Shown here piece after piece: positions 36,476 to 41,190 of a stretch of DNA of 41,190 nucleotides (the stretch's first letter is position 1; each line of letters starts with the position of its first letter). The stretch lies in assembly GCA_003614675.1 (NCBI GenBank), contig ML002330.1, positions 1 through 41,190 of the forward strand. The letters are read 5' to 3'. The notes below the pieces were generated by a model. The model was not told the DNA's origin. It saw nothing but the letters and a program-made list of their open reading frames with translations, and made no database searches. The position numbers and the translations under genes are program-made. The DNA comes from Dimargaris cristalligena (taxonomy: Eukaryota).

Positions 36476-37867
36476 ATGGTCCAACTAGGCATCAGTCCAA
36501 CCATGGCCGCGGTTATCGCCCAAGCCTACGACCAGCTTGAGCTCAACTCTAAATTACGGAACCAGCTTGAGCCGTATCGCCCCAACCCTACTGGGACGTC
36601 CGAAGCCGATTCAACTCCACAGGCTATTTCCTTCGACCTACTGCGTGAGGCTCTGGTCGTGGTTAATGCCGAGCTGCCTCCGCCAGAACGTAAGTGTCCA
36701 TGCATCGGGCGTTCTGCTCTGCTCGGTATTGGCTGTACTAATTTGCCCAATGACTCGGCTCCGCTTTTTGTACAGCCCATGTAGCTTCGTATACAACTAC
36801 CCGTTTATCTATACCTTCGGAGGTGGAAGTCAGCCTATATATCTCCATATTCATCTTCAAAAACACGCGTACCGCATTTAATTTTATTTTTGCTAGTTAT
36901 TTCCATTATTCACGCATCGTATGTTTATTCTTCTAAACACAGGCCGGCGGCTGGTGAATGTTCTGCGGGGCACCTCAGTATACATTGCTCCCAAAGCCAC
37001 GCCTAAGCGGGTAAGCGATATACATATATGTATTTATATCGGTTGAAAGTAGTGGCAATGCTAGACCTTTTTAACCATGTAAGGGGCCTACATCTATACA
37101 GGTCTTATGCATCGGACAGATGTCCGGGGGCGATGACCCCCTCCTGAAAACCACACCAGCCCTCTCATATATATCTACATTTCCTGCTTTACACAACCCC
37201 CACTCCTCCTACCCCGCTACTACTAGAGCCCCGAATTTGTGGCCCACCTAGAAAGTATCCGGGCCGAGATTGCCCAAAAAGACTACCTTCGTATGGTCAA
37301 CGGTGTCTCCATCAATGAAAAGAATCGGGTTGGTTCAAGCGTAGCCCAGGAATTAAAAACCGTCAACCAAAATCTGATGGTGATTTTTAATATCTTATTT
37401 TCAATGGTGGCTGTCTACGCCTGCATTTACTATACGGCGCGGACAATGACGGACGACATGGGATTGGTAAGTTGTTGTTGGACTTGGGATTCATGCCGAG
37501 CTGAAAACCCCGACTGAATAATATGTATTGCCAAACGAATGGGTGCCCTTAGAATATGGGATATATTGTATCGCTTGATTATCAGTTACCGAGAGTCTTT
37601 TGACAATATTTTATATTATATTGATAGCTATACGTTGGAGGCAAATATTTGATTTTTTTTTACTAAGTGTATTCTGTAACCTAGGGAATATCTAATCAAT
37701 TTTATTACTATTCTTATTGTTATCGTGTTTGATGAAACTAGAGGGTCCTGTTTGGACTGTCGTTCAGTTTCCTAGTTGGGGCTGCCGAGGCATGGCTGTA
37801 CACCAGCAAAATGCATTCGGTGGAACTGGCCGATCAAAAACGAGGTAAACACGAGCTATTCAATTAA
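36476..37867 (+). CDS. VMA12: V-ATPase assembly factor Vma12/Vph2/TMEM199 (4 exons: 36476-36689, 36943-37010, 37227-37466, 37742-37867)
   Basis: LLRGT.vY-type motif (VLRGTSVYIAPK), R|SPEFVAHLESIR...DYLRMV, and two C-terminal TM helices (LMVIFNILFSMVAVYACIYY; RVLFGLSFSFLVGAAEAWLY). Divergent from DPH2. Alternative upstream ATG at 36392. Confidence 0.85.
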
Positions 37868-40149
37868 CGCAACTTTCTCGAACCCCAATCGCCATGAGGT
37901 CAACCTATTTTTTTTTGTATACTTTATGTGAGATATATATATATATTTCTTTCGAATTCCGGCGGCGGGGGTTTTTTTTTAAAAATTATGGTTATTAAAG
38001 AAATATGTCTTGCCGTCTAGATATAAGATGTTTTTGACTTGGGTTGGTCCATTCTATAGTCCAATTATTTACTCCATAAGTGAAGGAACCACTACTTCCC
38101 CTCGGCCTGAATATAGTTAAAATCCGAATTCAATTAATGGGAAACTACAGGTGAGTTTAACTATCCAAATAGGTTGCATAGATGGGTAAGAGAGTGATGC
38201 TGGCACAAGTCATGGCGAATAACCTCGCCTTTCTTCCCTTATCACGACCATGTATTCAAATAGCAGGCCCCGGTAGTACCAAACTAATTCACTGGCCTGA
38301 ATGGTTTTGCCGGCCATTATCCAATACCCGATTTTATATCTGAGAAAACTTGCTGCATCGATTGGTATCTGTGCACAAACCGATGACAATGCCACTGAAT
38401 ATGGTTGGCAGAAGTAAATACGTGCTGGAGTTGGTTGTCTATATTGTAGCCACTTAAAAAAGGCTAATTTTACCTGTTTAAATTCAAACAAAACTAACAT
38501 TACTAATATAGGAGTAACAGAAAATCTGGTGATATTACATTAGTTGACTGGCGCTTTGGCGTGGTCTAGAGGCGTTATTCCCGGTAGGTATATATAGGCA
38601 TATGCCATCGATTTATATGTTTCTGAACCATGTATAAGTGGAGCTTCCTCCCCAATTAGATAGAACTTTGAACTGGGGGGAATTAGCAAAATAAATAAAG
38701 TATCCTCCCTATTCTGAGGATCCTTGCCATCGTGTTCTATAGAGAAACGTCAAGGGAATGGGTGTGGCAGGCTATACTCCTCACCAGGAATAACACGTGT
38801 AGACCACATTCAAATACTGGTCAACAAATATAATATAATAGATTCATAGGATGAGGAAGTTGGGTTGGAATGTGTGATCAGGAAACAATAGTGTTGTGAA
38901 TAAATCGGGTTAAACAAATAAGGCATTCGATAGATAGAAAATGGGACGCCAATTTGCTGCATATGTATTTCAAAAGGAAGACTTCGCCACCTAAAGTGCG
39001 TCAGGGAAACGGATAGACCAGGTGGAGTATGGGCCAGTCCGTCCCCGAATAGTTCCGACCAGGTAAATCTAATCTGCGGTAGCGGGGCTTAGCCAAGTCA
39101 TGATACCAGCGCAAGCGCTGAAAACCCCGTGATCATTTCCAAAACGCAGGGACGGTAAATTATTTTTTTGTACCATAAGACTGACGTCGCTGGCGGATGG
39201 TTATAATATCACTCCGTGGTGAGGACAGGCCTGGTGTTCGCTGCCAACTGGCCATATACAGATGGCCATATCGGCATTTTCGGCATATTTTCTACTGCAT
39301 GCATAAATTATAACGAACGGCCGCCGAAGAAAATATATGTATTTGTGACCTGTTATCGTATATGTATAATAATGCATTCGGCTTAGAAATCAAAATCCAT
39401 TTCCATATTTCTATCATCTTAACAAAAAAATAGGAATCAGCCCAAAGACATGTGTAACATGAACAAGTCTTGTCACAATGATGCAGCAAAATAACAAGTC
39501 GAGTGCCGGTATTTTGTCTATCAAGGAGGCATATAATACAATCAAAATACTGGGGTTAGATAGTCTTGATACACCCTAACAGGTTGTAATATATAAATAA
39601 ACATATGGCTACCTTCTAAACCCGTGTCATAATAAAAGGTTGGCGGAATTATTACCAGTGTATGTAATATACTAGAAATAGCACAAGGGGGTCGGTGCTG
39701 ATCGAAAACTATCGAATACCAGATATTTCACAAAATAATAACACAGTACCTAATTTAAAATTAACAAATATTCGAATACATGAATGGGCCGCTCGATATA
39801 GGCAAAGTGATTCAATGGCGTGAGTTTGAAACGGATGATTGATACCTGGATGCTAGTTAAACGAGAACTCAATTTGAATACAGTCAGCATAGGCAACCGC
39901 TTAGGACGGGTATATTTGATATGTGGCCGTCATGTGTGCGACAACTGAACCAAGTACCTCGTCATTTTAAAAAAGAGAAGTTCGCTGAATCAGCTCGGGA
40001 ATAATATTTCCGTCATAGAAATAACTTGAATTGCTCGCATACTGTCCCTTGATTGTAATCGACAGTTCTATTCCGGGTGGGGAAAAATATAATGAGATGG
40101 TCATTCGAAAAGACCACACCTGATTCTCACAAACTAAATAGACTGGCCG

Positions 40150-40191
40150 AAAACCGGTTTTTAAATCACGCTTAACCTAAAAACCGGTTTT
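40150..40191. promoter_or_regulatory. Twin 12-bp palindromes AAAACCGGTTTT upstream of the NRPS
   Basis: Perfect copies at 40150-40161 and 40180-40191, 30 bp apart and ~275 bp upstream of ATG 40466. Confidence 0.5.
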
Positions 40192-40465
40192 ATACATTCA
40201 ATAACGGCATCCCATGTAAAATAACAGAGGAACCACTATCAGTTAATGTATCTACCAAAACATTTTTACCTTTATAGCCCAGGTCTAAACCAACATGTTC
40301 GGTATAAAAACCTTCTAAATAGCCTGTCAGTGGGATACAGTGCTTCATAATTATCGAACCCATTATCCTTTGACAAATTCTTACCAGTAATACCCGTTCG
40401 TATTCAACCCAACTTAGTTCCGGGATTTTTGATCCACCGATATACAACAGTTCGTATCGCCAAGT

Positions 40466-41190
40466 ATGTCTCAGTATTCCACCATCCCCACTAGTAGCGT
40501 GACCCAAATTTTCTCCGTACCTGCCGTGTTCCATCCAAAGGTGAAGTTACCTTTAGGCCGGCCCAACCGAGACCTACACGACATTGATACCTACCAGCAC
40601 CAACTTTTATCGGAACCCATCCACCCTTGTCTGGAACTTAACTCCAACAAAGTGGCTAGGGTCAGTCTAGCCATTTTGCTAAGTCGGTATTACAGCCAAT
40701 CGGAGGTGGCGTTTGGCTACACCACTGGACCCCTCAGTGATACTTACTCCGCTGATGCCCCGTTAGTCTGGGCGTTATTTAATGTAGTCCCTGAGGCCGA
40801 GGTTGCGTCGCTGGTTCGCTTCTGCAACGACATAAGTGTTGGCCATTCCGATGGCATTGCTGAATCACCCCCGCCTCCTGAGGTGATCCTGCATTGTAAT
40901 CTGTCCGCTGCATCCAACCTGTCCACCAATAGCACCCCAGCCGGTTCTATCCATTTTACCGACATCATGTCTGAGGGCATTCTATCCACACTCTTGATTA
41001 CGGCGGGAGTCGGGTTGCTGGTTGAGTTAAGTATTCCGAATGGTTCTGCAATGCTGAGTATCACCTATTCCCGAAATGTCTATCCGGACCCCTGCTGTAG
41101 AAGAGTTTGCCAACCAATTTGACACGGTCCTGAGGGCGGTAGCTCGGGCCTGGACCATGAAAGATCCTAATCGACCACCGACATTAGTCC
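40466..41190 (+). CDS. NRPS 5' end (N-terminal partial condensation-like domain) with a +1 frameshift near 41090; runs off the window
   Basis: LPLGRP, LAILLSRYYSQSEVAFG and LSITYSRNVY...VEEFANQF resemble the C-terminal lobe of a C domain. 40944-41190 aligns at DNA level with the minus strand of 18393-18637, which leads directly into an A domain. Confidence 0.8.

Overview
Eukaryotic, fungal genomic DNA with GT-AG introns. Intron-rich housekeeping genes alongside intronless E-domain NRPS paralogs and a type III glutamine synthetase suggest an early-diverging fungus, possibly a Dimargaris-like zoopagomycete; this is inference only. Intact genes: 3' end of a type III glutamine synthetase, an Ssh4/Ear1-like SPRY membrane protein, CFD1, TAF6, a 90-aa secreted peptide with a C2HC zinc finger, a PQ-loop transporter, DPH2 (11 exons) and VMA12/TMEM199. 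The 5' end of an NRPS carrying a +1 frameshift runs off the right edge. A signal-peptide metallophosphoesterase has three in-frame stops. The most striking structure is a ~8 kb island (about 11.3-19.4 kb) between CFD1 and TAF6. It holds a 5.4 kb NRPS fragment (C*-A-T-E-C-A*) bracketed exactly by ~600 bp inverted, LTR-like repeats. The whole island is almost free of CpG and shows polarised C>T/G>A hypermutation, which can be read against two CpG-rich paralogous copies elsewhere in the window. All alignments and counts were done by eye.
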